Source: a virus | Taxonomy: Duplodnaviria > Heunggongvirae > Uroviricota > Caudoviricetes | IMG/VR virus record: IMGVR_UViG_3300046804_001959 | Length of the DNA stretch: 36,150 bases | Strand: one strand, 5' to 3' | In this document: positions 18,064-25,303 of the stretch, piece by piece | Layout: every line of letters starts with the position of its first letter | Position numbering within the stretch: position 1 is the first letter of the stretch | Position numbers and translations under genes: made by a program | Notes under the pieces: model-generated | The model's input: only the letters and a program-made list of their open reading frames with translations | Databases searched by the model: none | Told to the model about the DNA's origin: nothing

Positions 18064-18630
18064 TCATCCTCTATAAAATATATGTGCTCCGATTTGAGCA
18101 ACACGTGTCAATCCCCAATTAGGGTTTACATAATTAGCATGATAGAATTTTGCGCCTCTCGTAACGTCTCTCGTATTTCCAAGATAGACATCTTCGGCTG
18201 CCTTTCGAGCTGCTGCGAACATTTGCATGTCACGAACGCGCTTCTTGCCTTCACACACCCAAGAAAACTGGCATACGCCTCTTGTTTTCTGATGAACGAC
18301 ACCACAGGCCGTTTTAGGGAACCGCGAGTCTTTGACTCGGTTCATAACCACGTGTGTGACGGCTAACTTACCTTTTTGTGATTGATTGCCTGCTTCGAAG
18401 TATGCATTCTCTGCCAGACATTGGATTTGGCGTTTGTCGTTAGCGCTGAGGTAAACAGGCTTTTTAACGACCACCGGTTTTTCGATTACTTTGACTTCCG
18501 GAACTCGGACGATTACTGGCTTGGGTTCTGGCATCAACATGCTAAACAGTATTACTACCATAGCACCGATTGCAAAACCTTCTGCCCATCTGAGATATGG
18601 GAAGCCTTCGATCTTATCGAAGATTTGCAT
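18064..18630 (-). CDS. SleB/Hydrolase_2-family cell-wall hydrolase with an N-terminal membrane anchor
   Basis: CLAENAYFEA...AVTHVVMNRV..RFPKTACGVVHQ..CQFSW..GAKFYHANYVNPNW..IGAHIFY; hydrophobic segment at about residues 19-33. Confidence 0.92.
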   Translation of the reverse strand: MQIFDKIEGFPYLRWAEGFAIGAMVVILFSMLMPEPKPVIVRVPEVKVIEKPVVVKKPVYLSANDKRQIQCLAENAYFEAGNQSQKGKLAVTHVVMNRVKDSRFPKTACGVVHQKTRGVCQFSWVCEGKKRVRDMQMFAAARKAAEDVYLGNTRDVTRGAKFYHANYVNPNWGLTRVAQIGAHIFYRG

Positions 18631-18639
18631 TTGTACCTC

Positions 18640-18870
18640 TTAGTCGAATGACTTTGGCCAACAGAGACTACTGTGCCGGGCATCTCAGCCCTATAGATGT
18701 CTGTCGCTATGAGAAGATACAAAATAGAATAACGAAGGTATCTTCCATCCATTTCCCTCTTACTGGAAATGCAAAATCATTATGGTTTCGTCTGTGACCT
18801 AACGGTCGCTTTCTAGCCTTCTGACTTGAAGCTTGTTGTAAGAGTCAATGGAGGTGCCAACCTCCGTTGC
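18640..18870 (-). ncRNA. Putative structured leader RNA of the cell-wall hydrolase gene
   Basis: About 245 nt without a credible ORF, lying between a late promoter and the RBS, with seven hand-identified helices including a multi-way junction. Confidence 0.55.
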
Positions 18871-18877
18871 GATGTTT

Positions 18878-18885
18878 TATTTATG
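18878..18885 (-). promoter_or_regulatory. Late promoter CATAAATA
   Basis: One mismatch to TATAAATA; lies upstream of the structured leader. Confidence 0.6.
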
Positions 18886-18939
18886 CTATGGCCAGTTGTT
18901 TTTCTGGCGACTCGTAGCACCAATCTAACACCTTGTAGT

Positions 18940-19245
18940 AAGTTGCCGGATTCTGTTTCGAGGCTCCGGCGGGCCCAATGCTAGCCTCAAGCGGCTAGAG
19001 CAAAGGCAACGTCATTATCGTTTGCATTTACGTTTAGTGGCAACTTTGCCAAGCAATCAGTCTCGAACCGCCTTATTCTGCGTGCATCGATTCCCAGTAA
19101 CACCCCCATCAACTACCTTGAGTTATCGTCTTTCACAACCCGTACGTAGAGGATACTCGTCTTTCCCCTCAAGGTAGATGGTGGAGGTGGGGGGATTCGA
19201 ACCCCCGTCTACTCCGCTTTTATTGTTGATTGTCATCAACTGATA
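18940..19245 (-). ncRNA. ssrA: Circularly permuted (two-piece) tmRNA
   Basis: The acceptor piece ends GGGGG-TTCGAAT-CCCCC-CACCTCC-A-CCA (3' end 19179). After a 71-nt intervening segment, the coding piece starts GGGGGTG at 19107, forming a 7-bp acceptor stem with G3:U70. Tag ORF 19025-18987 reads ANDNDVAFALAA*. Outer ends are approximate. Confidence 0.95.
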
Positions 19246-19250
19246 TTCTA

Positions 19251-19280
19251 TATATACCCCAACGCGATTTAATTGTACAC
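19251..19280 (-). promoter_or_regulatory. Early-type promoter for tmRNA
   Basis: GTGTACA-N17-TATATA. Confidence 0.7.
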
Positions 19281-19285
19281 CCTGT

Positions 19286-19930
19286 TTATCGCAGTTTGTA
19301 GCCTAATTTCGCTTCGAGTTCTTCGAGCTTCATGGTCTCGACTTGTGACTTCGGTGTAACGTTGTCTACGATGTACACTGCCACGTTGCCGCTCTCGAAG
19401 TATGCTACCTTGTACAGGAAATCTGGAACAGGAACTTTGGCCTTACCGATAGTCTTTGGATTCGGAGGGTAATGTGCACCTGTTACAACCCACTTGAAAG
19501 GAACCGAACGAACGCGCTCTTCGAGGTTCTTCCATGCAATACGGTTGACAGACGGCAACTGCGGTGTCATGTTCGTCATCAAGAACGTGTCTGACATCTC
19601 TACTGGATCGTCTGCGTTGGCTGCTGGGACCATGTGGCCACGATCGTATCCAGAGTTGGTGTAGTCCTCAGGAACAGGAGTATCGGCGATACGCTTGTCA
19701 CCTCTGAAGTCATCCTTACGTGCAACCTTGACTGCTCTTTCTTGAGCTACTTCGGTAGAGAATACGTTGGCATTGTTGGCATCGTCGTACACGATTGCAT
19801 AGAACGAGTTACATAGGACCTTCGTATTTGGTACTACGATTTCCTTGCCGTTCGGAAAGAACTGATCACAAGGAGATGCAAAGGCAGTAGTAGGTAGCGC
19901 CAGAAGTAAAGCGGCAAGAATCTTTTTCAT
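19286..19930 (-). CDS. Secreted DNA/RNA non-specific endonuclease (NucA/EndA-type)
   Basis: Signal peptide MKKILAALLLALPTTAFA; SGYDRGHMVPA and NMTPQ...N..AWKNLEE motifs. Confidence 0.92.
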   Translation of the reverse strand: MKKILAALLLALPTTAFASPCDQFFPNGKEIVVPNTKVLCNSFYAIVYDDANNANVFSTEVAQERAVKVARKDDFRGDKRIADTPVPEDYTNSGYDRGHMVPAANADDPVEMSDTFLMTNMTPQLPSVNRIAWKNLEERVRSVPFKWVVTGAHYPPNPKTIGKAKVPVPDFLYKVAYFESGNVAVYIVDNVTPKSQVETMKLEELEAKLGYKLR

Positions 19931-19939
19931 GTATTTTCC

Positions 19940-20284
19940 TTAATTGCAGGTAGTTTCCCAATAGACATAGCGTTCGCCGCGGCGCCATTCGACGACTTGC
20001 TCGCGGACACAGTAGCGTCTATCGTATCTATAATCGGGAGGGTAATAGCGGTTATCGTAGTCGCGTTCACGGTCGTAGTCAGGATTACGACGGGATTCAC
20101 GATCGCTGGAAGAAAGAGCACCTACAACGATACCACCGATGATCGCTCCGCAAAGCCATCCACAACCACCGCCTCTACGTTCAGATCGTTCATGATGTTG
20201 TCCACGTTCACGTGCTTCTGCAGTGACAGGTGCAGTGACCATCGTCAGAGCTGCAGCTGCAAGGAGTACATTCTTAATCATCAT
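19940..20284 (-). CDS. Exported or membrane hypothetical protein
   Basis: SD GGAG before ATG 20284; signal peptide ending AEA; GAIIGGIVVGAL glycine-zipper-like segment; Arg/Tyr/Asp-rich region. Confidence 0.75.
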   Translation of the reverse strand: MMIKNVLLAAAALTMVTAPVTAEARERGQHHERSERRGGGCGWLCGAIIGGIVVGALSSSDRESRRNPDYDRERDYDNRYYPPDYRYDRRYCVREQVVEWRRGERYVYWETTCN

Positions 20285-20486
20285 AATTTCTCCTATCAAA
20301 CATGTAACCCGTATCAGCAAACATCAATCGTTTGCGTGGATCGCCAGGTGTGATGCACCTGACCAGTCTTAAGGCTTCTTTGTAATCAGTAGTGTTGAAG
20401 CAGACCGGGAAGACATCGGGATCAAATCCTTCGTCTTCCAGATCTAACATCATAGCCACAAAATAAGTACCATTTTCTTCTTCCAT
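20274..20486 (-). CDS. Hypothetical protein
   Basis: 70-aa ORF tiling the operon, preceded by late-like AATAAATA (20492-20499). Confidence 0.6.
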   Translation of the reverse strand: MEEENGTYFVAMMLDLEDEGFDPDVFPVCFNTTDYKEALRLVRCITPGDPRKRLMFADTGYMFDRRNYDD

Positions 20487-20490
20487 GTAC

Positions 20491-20847
20491 TTATTTATTA
20501 GTGGAAGATTTTACCTTTACATAGCTAATAGCATCGTAGCCGTCATAACCACCAGCCCATTTACTACGTTCTTGTTCCTTGAACCCGATCTTATCACCGT
20601 GTTCTTTGAAATAAGCTCGAGCAGCAGAACCGATATCCCATTCACTTTCAGCTTGGATCTCAAACTTATCTGAGTACCACCGCTTCTCGAAAGTTACCTT
20701 ATAGGTCTTGAGCTTCTTTGCTTTCTTGAGATGACTTTTGATAGCATCCTTGGCATGCAGCTGATTAATCAGACTCTTGAACTCGCGATCACCGCAATCA
20801 GCCAAAGGACCCCAAGACTCCACTGAACGATTCTTTACTTCAATCAT
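20491..20847 (-). CDS. Hypothetical protein
   Basis: 118-aa ORF with ATGA overlap to the upstream gene. Confidence 0.7.
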   Translation of the reverse strand: MIEVKNRSVESWGPLADCGDREFKSLINQLHAKDAIKSHLKKAKKLKTYKVTFEKRWYSDKFEIQAESEWDIGSAARAYFKEHGDKIGFKEQERSKWAGGYDGYDAISYVKVKSSTNK

Positions 20848-21029
20848 ACATTCACCTTATAAGTCTTGAGAATATGCAGACGATCTTGCATTAACATATG
20901 CAGAAGAGCACCCATATTATCGTACTCTCGCTGATATTCTCCGGCTTTCCGCAATCGGAAGAACCCACGATAGAGCTCCCCGATTGCGGTTTCGATTTCA
21001 GCTTCGATCTTTTCAATCTCAGGCTGCAT
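20844..21029 (-). CDS. Hypothetical protein
   Basis: Start moved to ATG 21029 (MQPEIEKIEAE...), with SD GGAG. Confidence 0.65.
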   Translation of the reverse strand: MQPEIEKIEAEIETAIGELYRGFFRLRKAGEYQREYDNMGALLHMLMQDRLHILKTYKVNV

Positions 21030-21966
21030 CGGCAAACTCCACTGCAGTTTCCAACGCCTTGGTCTTGAGGTTCTTGTTAGCACCGTACCAAGCCGAGGTG
21101 AGACGATTGTCAGCGTTACGACCGATGATGTGATCAGTCATGAAAGTGACGGCGTTGAAAGCCTGCCACCAGCTACCTTCGCCGTATTCGGCACCAGGCT
21201 GCTGGTCCATGATTTCGAGAGCGATACCAGCATTCTTGCTGAGCTGCTTCTTATCACCAGAAACGGGGAAGACGCGCTTGAAGTAGTCGACGATCGACTC
21301 GTCGCTGTAGCGCTTCGAACCGAGGTACTGAGCCATTTCCTTGTAGGTAGCCAACTTTTCCTTGGCAACGCCGAGCGTTTCCTTGACGAGATCACCGTCG
21401 AACTCACGACGATGGCTGACCTTGACGATCTTGCTCGACTGGCTGTTGAGCGAGAGAGTCAGAGTGTTGTTGCAAACTACGCGGATCGGAGTGAAACGAA
21501 CGTCGATCGACCAACCGTACTTGTGAGGATTGGTAAACAGCAGATAGGATTCTACCGTGTCACCCTTGAAAAGCTCGAAGCTTTCCTTGACCTTCGCGAG
21601 GCCCCAAACGAGCTGACCGTCACGGAGCGAACCAGCGGTGTGCATTTCCATCTCGCCAGCTGCGACGAAATCGTTGAAGAACTCGAAGGCTGCTTCGTTC
21701 TGGTTCGGAACCCAATCGTTAGTGATAACGTCCAGAACCTTGTTGTCGATGTCACGGACCAGAGCCGAGTGACCGATATCGACCTGCTTACCACCGATCT
21801 CGGCGAAGGCAGGAACGGGGTTGACCTTCCAGTCGAGGCCAGCTGCCTTGAGCATCTGAGCGGGAGTGAGGTCGTTGGGGACTTCGGTGCCGAGGCCATG
21901 CCACGGAGTTTCGCCAGCGTAAGCCATCGAAGCCTTACCGTCGAGGAATTCAATCATATGTGCCAT
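21019..21966 (-). CDS. DUF932 / TIGR03299-like phage-plasmid protein
   Basis: MAH..MAYAGETPWHGLG..AGLDWKV..QNEAAFEFF..TAGSLRDG..FTPIRVVCNNTL..GSWWQAFNAVT. Confidence 0.88.
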   Translation of the reverse strand: MAHMIEFLDGKASMAYAGETPWHGLGTEVPNDLTPAQMLKAAGLDWKVNPVPAFAEIGGKQVDIGHSALVRDIDNKVLDVITNDWVPNQNEAAFEFFNDFVAAGEMEMHTAGSLRDGQLVWGLAKVKESFELFKGDTVESYLLFTNPHKYGWSIDVRFTPIRVVCNNTLTLSLNSQSSKIVKVSHRREFDGDLVKETLGVAKEKLATYKEMAQYLGSKRYSDESIVDYFKRVFPVSGDKKQLSKNAGIALEIMDQQPGAEYGEGSWWQAFNAVTFMTDHIIGRNADNRLTSAWYGANKNLKTKALETAVEFADAA

Positions 21967-21998
21967 AATAAAGTATCCTTCTCAATTTGGGTATAACC

Positions 21999-22028
21999 AT
22001 TCTACTGCAGAATGGCTTATTTGTACAT
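21999..22028 (-). promoter_or_regulatory. Early promoter for the DUF932 operon
   Basis: TGTACA-N17-TAGAAT. Confidence 0.75.
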
Positions 22029-22035
22029 GCTAAAA

Positions 22036-22173
22036 TCAGTTAGGAGTGACAATCCACAGCGCTGCGAACAGCAGAGGAAAACCAATAATGAATGCGATGC
22101 CACCGAGGATCTCGTTGCGGAACTGTTCCGGAGTCATGGTAGCCTTCATTTCGCGAATAACCTGAGTGATCAT
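22036..22173 (-). CDS. Small 45-aa membrane protein
   Basis: Not in the track: MITQVIREMKATMTPEQFRNEILGGIAFIIGFPLLFAALWIVTPN. Has SD AAGGA and its own promoter. Confidence 0.75.
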   Translation of the reverse strand: MITQVIREMKATMTPEQFRNEILGGIAFIIGFPLLFAALWIVTPN

Positions 22174-22180
22174 GTTTGCT

Positions 22181-22232
22181 TCCTTCTTCATTATAGGTTC
22201 ACCTTACATTGTTTTTAAAATAATGTACACCC
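22181..22232 (-). promoter_or_regulatory. Early promoter plus RBS cassette, repeat copy 1
   Basis: GTGTACA-N17-TAAGGT followed by GAACCTATAATGAAGAAGGA; 48/52 identical to 22906-22957. Confidence 0.85.
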
Positions 22233-22405
22233 TATTTTTCGATAAAATCGCAAACCATCTGAAAAAAATCATCTTCAGAGTTGACAGCCATGACCATCAG
22301 GAGATCTCGAACGTCCTCAGTCAGACCGTTCTTGGCAAAGAAGTCAGCAACCGCAGCTTCGACCGTGGCTCGACCGAAGTACTCGATAGTAGCAGAGTCA
22401 GTCAT
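22232..22405 (-). CDS. Hypothetical acidic 57-aa protein
   Basis: Not in the track: MTDSATIEYFGRATVEAAVADFFAKNGLTEDVRDLLMVMAVNSEDDFFQMVCDFIEK. SD GGAGG; ATGA overlap. Confidence 0.75.
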   Translation of the reverse strand: MTDSATIEYFGRATVEAAVADFFAKNGLTEDVRDLLMVMAVNSEDDFFQMVCDFIEK

Positions 22406-22605
22406 GCGACCTCCATAAACTCGATCATGATACCGATGATCTTTTCGAAGTCATCATCCGGATGCAGCATATAGTCTGCAGAGATGTCGTAGTACAGGTC
22501 AGTGACAAGCTGCATGGTTTCAGTACCATGAGTTCCACCAAGAGCTTCATAGATGAAATCGAAGGGATCATCTTGAGCGAGGATATATTGAAAAGCGCTA
22601 GTCAT
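22402..22605 (-). CDS. Hypothetical acidic 67-aa protein
   Basis: ORF with SD GGAG inside the early cassette. Confidence 0.75.
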   Translation of the reverse strand: MTSAFQYILAQDDPFDFIYEALGGTHGTETMQLVTDLYYDISADYMLHPDDDFEKIIGIMIEFMEVA

Positions 22606-22607
22606 TC

Positions 22608-22898
22608 TTACATCTCCATCTGACGTTCGTAGGCGTAACGCTCGGCAAGAGCGTCGTAGTTGGTGCAGTCGCGGAAGATCACCTTGAACTTCATCATCGC
22701 CAGAGCAGTGTCAGCGAGAGGAACGATCGAGTACTTCGACGGCGACTTTTCGTTGTAGTACTGAACGTAGATCCAGTCGATCAAGTCGCCAGCAGCGTTC
22801 CAATCCTTCGTGATCTTGACAACTTCACCATGAATGGTGCCAGCAGCAGATTCGTAGCGAACGCGATCACCGATCAGGATAGTCTTCGGAGCAGTCAT
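22608..22898 (-). CDS. Hypothetical protein (SH3/KOW-like IGDRVRY start)
   Basis: Start at ATG 22898, after the cassette RBS. Confidence 0.75.
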   Translation of the reverse strand: MTAPKTILIGDRVRYESAAGTIHGEVVKITKDWNAAGDLIDWIYVQYYNEKSPSKYSIVPLADTALAMMKFKVIFRDCTNYDALAERYAYERQMEM

Positions 22899-22905
22899 GT
22901 TTTCG

Positions 22906-22957
22906 TCCTTCTTCATTATAGGTTCACCTTATATTGTTTTCGAAATAATGTAAACCC
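22906..22957 (-). promoter_or_regulatory. Early promoter plus RBS cassette, repeat copy 2
   Basis: GTTTACA-N17-TAAGGT; the -35 matches the T4 early consensus GTTTAC. Confidence 0.85.
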
Positions 22958-22965
22958 CTTTTGTC

Positions 22966-22993
22966 AAAAAAAATGCGACCGAAGTCGCATTTT
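22966..22993 (-). terminator. Rho-independent terminator (UUCG hairpin)
   Basis: Minus strand reads AAAATGCGAC-TTCG-GTCGCA followed by a T-run. Confidence 0.9.
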
Positions 22994-22994
22994 C

Positions 22995-23684
22995 TTATCC
23001 GTACATCTGATGGTAAGATCGAACCAGATCAGCGGCTTTCTCAAGGTATCGTTGAGGTCGTTCAACGAATACCTGTGCTTCGAGAGAATCGTCTACACCG
23101 ATGATGATGACGATGTCCTTGACAGCGATGCCTGTCATCTCCCATAGCATGTAAGAGTAGAGACTTGCCTGAAGGAAGTAACCTTCGATCCATTCCTTTC
23201 GCTTCAGCTTGGACGATGTCTTGTAGTCGATGATGGACAGTCGGCCGTCGTAGTCGGCAATGAGGTCGCATGTACCTGCTACCTTCAGATGATCAGAGAA
23301 CAGAGTGCACTCAGTAGCTCGGATCATGTCAACCTTCTCGTCGAGGATCATCTTGATCTGACGGAAGATCATGTTGTTATGAGGCATCGACGTGTCGATC
23401 TCGTTGCCGAGCACATAGTTCTCACACATGGTATGGACGTTGGTCCCGCGAGTGGCTGCTCGAGCCGAGACCCGAGCAGCTTCTTCCTCCCCGACTCTTT
23501 TCTTCCATGCCTCGAGAGCAGACTTATCAGTCATCTTTCCGAGGACGGCAGTTACTGAAGGGTATCGGTTTCCTTCAGGTGTCTCATAGAGACGTGTCGG
23601 TCCATCGATCCGCTGCAGAGCAGCAAAGTCGAGGAACTCGTGTTCGAATTGTTTACGGTTGAAGTCCGAGGTTTTGGCGAGCAA
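22995..23684 (-). CDS. PD-(D/E)XK exonuclease (T4-like-phage exonuclease; RecB/Cas4-like fold)
   Basis: RYPSVTAVL..WKKRVGEEEA..RGTNVH..AGTCDLIADYDGRLSIIDYKTS..Y.LQASLY. Start codon uncertain. Confidence 0.9.
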   Translation of the reverse strand: MLAKTSDFNRKQFEHEFLDFAALQRIDGPTRLYETPEGNRYPSVTAVLGKMTDKSALEAWKKRVGEEEAARVSARAATRGTNVHTMCENYVLGNEIDTSMPHNNMIFRQIKMILDEKVDMIRATECTLFSDHLKVAGTCDLIADYDGRLSIIDYKTSSKLKRKEWIEGYFLQASLYSYMLWEMTGIAVKDIVIIIGVDDSLEAQVFVERPQRYLEKAADLVRSYHQMYG

Positions 23685-24408
23685 TGATATATTCCTTCAC
23701 AAGTTTACTACGCACGATATCTTTTTCTAGGAAATCAATATACACGAAGTCTGATAATTTTGACACCACTTTCATAAATTCTTTTAGACCATTTTTCTCT
23801 TGGTCCTTGGTCAGATCCGACTGACGGAAGTCACCGCAGAAGATCACGCGACAGTTCTTGCCGATACGAGTGATGACTGAGTCCAATTCATGGAAAGTCA
23901 TGTTGTTGATCTCGTCTACGATGATGTAGCAGTTGTTCATGGTGATACCGCGAACGAACGAGGTCGACATAAACTCTACCGCGTTCTTCTGCTTGAGGAT
24001 ATCGTAGGCATCTCCACGGCTAAACAGCTCGTTACAGATTGCCTGATATGGAGCTTCGTAGACCTTCATCTTCTCCTTCTGAGATCCAGGCAAGAAACCC
24101 ATATCGCGAGTAGGAACCACTGACCTGACGATATAGATCATTTCTTGATCAGACTCTCCAGACATGAGATCTTCGAGAGCGAGGTACATCGACAAGAATG
24201 TCTTACCAGTACCGGCCATGCCATGAAGCATGAGATGCTTACCTTCACGAAACGCTTCGAATGTCAGGCGTTGATTTTCAGTAAGCGGTTTAACAGTTTT
24301 AATATCGAAGTTCTGTGTTCGAATGGCGATCTTCGATTTGAGTAGATCTTCTTCTCCGTTCTGCTTCAGGATTCTCTTCTGTCTTTTTGTGAGTCTGTGT
24401 GATTCCAC
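23653..24408 (-). CDS. phoH: PhoH-family ATPase
   Basis: GMAGTGKT Walker A, RDMGFLPG, FVRGIT, IIVDE, TRIG..GDFRQSDL, DIVRS. Confidence 0.95.
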   Translation of the reverse strand: MESHRLTKRQKRILKQNGEEDLLKSKIAIRTQNFDIKTVKPLTENQRLTFEAFREGKHLMLHGMAGTGKTFLSMYLALEDLMSGESDQEMIYIVRSVVPTRDMGFLPGSQKEKMKVYEAPYQAICNELFSRGDAYDILKQKNAVEFMSTSFVRGITMNNCYIIVDEINNMTFHELDSVITRIGKNCRVIFCGDFRQSDLTKDQEKNGLKEFMKVVSKLSDFVYIDFLEKDIVRSKLVKEYIIARQNLGLQP

Positions 24409-24417
24409 GAGTTATCC

Positions 24418-24717
24418 TTATTTTTTATTACGGGCTTTGTTGACCGCCTCTCGAACCTTGGTAGCCTTGATGCCCTTATCACCATGCTGCTGCCCGAGAG
24501 GAGAGTGTGGGTTGGCATTGCCGATTCTATTTAGTAGGTCGTTGAAACCACTATCGGTCTTGTGCGTGATACCTGAGATACCAGATATGATGTTCGGAGC
24601 TCCGATGATCTCTTCGAATTCAGGATTATCTTCGAGGAATGCTTTCTTCTCATCGTAAGTAAAGTATTCCTCGAAGGTCTCTCCGGATTCTTTTATTCTA
24701 AATTCATAAAGTGGCAT
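24418..24717 (-). CDS. FmdB-like small protein lacking the zinc-ribbon cysteines
   Basis: MPLYEFR..SGETFEE..FLEDNP..SGFNDLLNRI; this type of gene commonly precedes phoH in T4-like phages. Confidence 0.7.
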   Translation of the reverse strand: MPLYEFRIKESGETFEEYFTYDEKKAFLEDNPEFEEIIGAPNIISGISGITHKTDSGFNDLLNRIGNANPHSPLGQQHGDKGIKATKVREAVNKARNKK

Positions 24718-24885
24718 TTAAAAGTCTTCGTCGTCTATCAAATCAAGTAGTGCGCTCTTTGCTTTCGATCGAAGGGCAGATTTCAACCTCTTTTCTTTGA
24801 GGTGTTCACGACGATCGTAGTTCTCTTCGATCATGTCATACTGTTCTTCATTATACTTGCGGAAACGCTTGACTGAGTGGCTCAT
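24718..24885 (-). CDS. Hypothetical 55-aa protein
   Basis: Not in the track: MSHSVKRFRKYNEEQYDMIEENYDRREHLKEKRLKSALRSKAKSALLDLIDDEDF. Fills the gap exactly. Confidence 0.7.
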   Translation of the reverse strand: MSHSVKRFRKYNEEQYDMIEENYDRREHLKEKRLKSALRSKAKSALLDLIDDEDF

Positions 24886-25301
24886 GCTGGAATTAGTCCC
24901 GGAAAAGCTTCGTTGATGGTGGCGACATCCAGTCCCTCGACTTTCTTGTCCTTGACGGCGATCAGAAGTTCGGCGTCTCCAGGATGAATCGATTCGAGAA
25001 GACCGATGAAGAGGTTCTCACGCTGGTGCTTCTTCAAGTCTGGTCGATTGCCATAGAGGTACATCGGCAGAGTTCGAATGGCATCATGATACAGTCTACC
25101 TTCAGTATCAAGCACTTCAGAAGGCTTGTACGGAGGTGCACCTTCGGGCAACCACCATCCTACGTTGGGATGAAACGCCAACTCAAGGATGTACGTGAGA
25201 GTTTCACTGTGATGCTTACGAAGGATTTCTACCTTTTCCTGCTTTGTCTTTGCAGACTTGACAAGGTTGAGGATTTCAGAGATTGCGAGTGTTCTTTGCA
25301 T
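24882..25301 (-). CDS. Conserved T4-like hypothetical protein
   Basis: ISEIL..KTKQEKVEILR..LPEGAPPYKP..RENLFIGLLESIHPGDAELLIAVKDKK..EAFPGL; typically found next to rnh. Confidence 0.8.
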   Translation of the reverse strand: MQRTLAISEILNLVKSAKTKQEKVEILRKHHSETLTYILELAFHPNVGWWLPEGAPPYKPSEVLDTEGRLYHDAIRTLPMYLYGNRPDLKKHQRENLFIGLLESIHPGDAELLIAVKDKKVEGLDVATINEAFPGLIPA

Positions 25302-25303
25302 GT

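Noticed and set aside
18555-18797. Short ORFs 18555-18752 (-) and 18597-18797 (+)
   Set aside because: They overlap the hydrolase start and have no recognisable content; dense base-pairing explains the region better. The minus ORF does have a possible SD, so it is not fully excluded.
18942-18962. ACAGAATCCGGC resembling the RNase P RNA 3' conserved motif
   Set aside because: No GAGGAAAGTCC 5' partner was seen. The motif pairs locally (GCCGGA/TCCGGC) as part of the tmRNA coding piece.
19179-19215. tRNA gene or attP-like tRNA 3' fragment (TTCGAAT loop plus CCA)
   Set aside because: There is no D-arm or anticodon arm upstream. Its acceptor partner lies downstream and is followed by a tag ORF, so it is the tmRNA acceptor piece.
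21130-21996. Long antisense ORFs (also 25553-26182, 26779-27450, 27855-28409, 29066-29971)
   Set aside because: They mirror well-supported genes with biased codon usage and show no motifs or expression signals.
22995-23684. Cas4 or a CRISPR system
   Set aside because: The protein lacks the four-Cys Fe-S cluster, no repeat-spacer array or other cas genes are present, and it is the usual T4-like exonuclease beside phoH.
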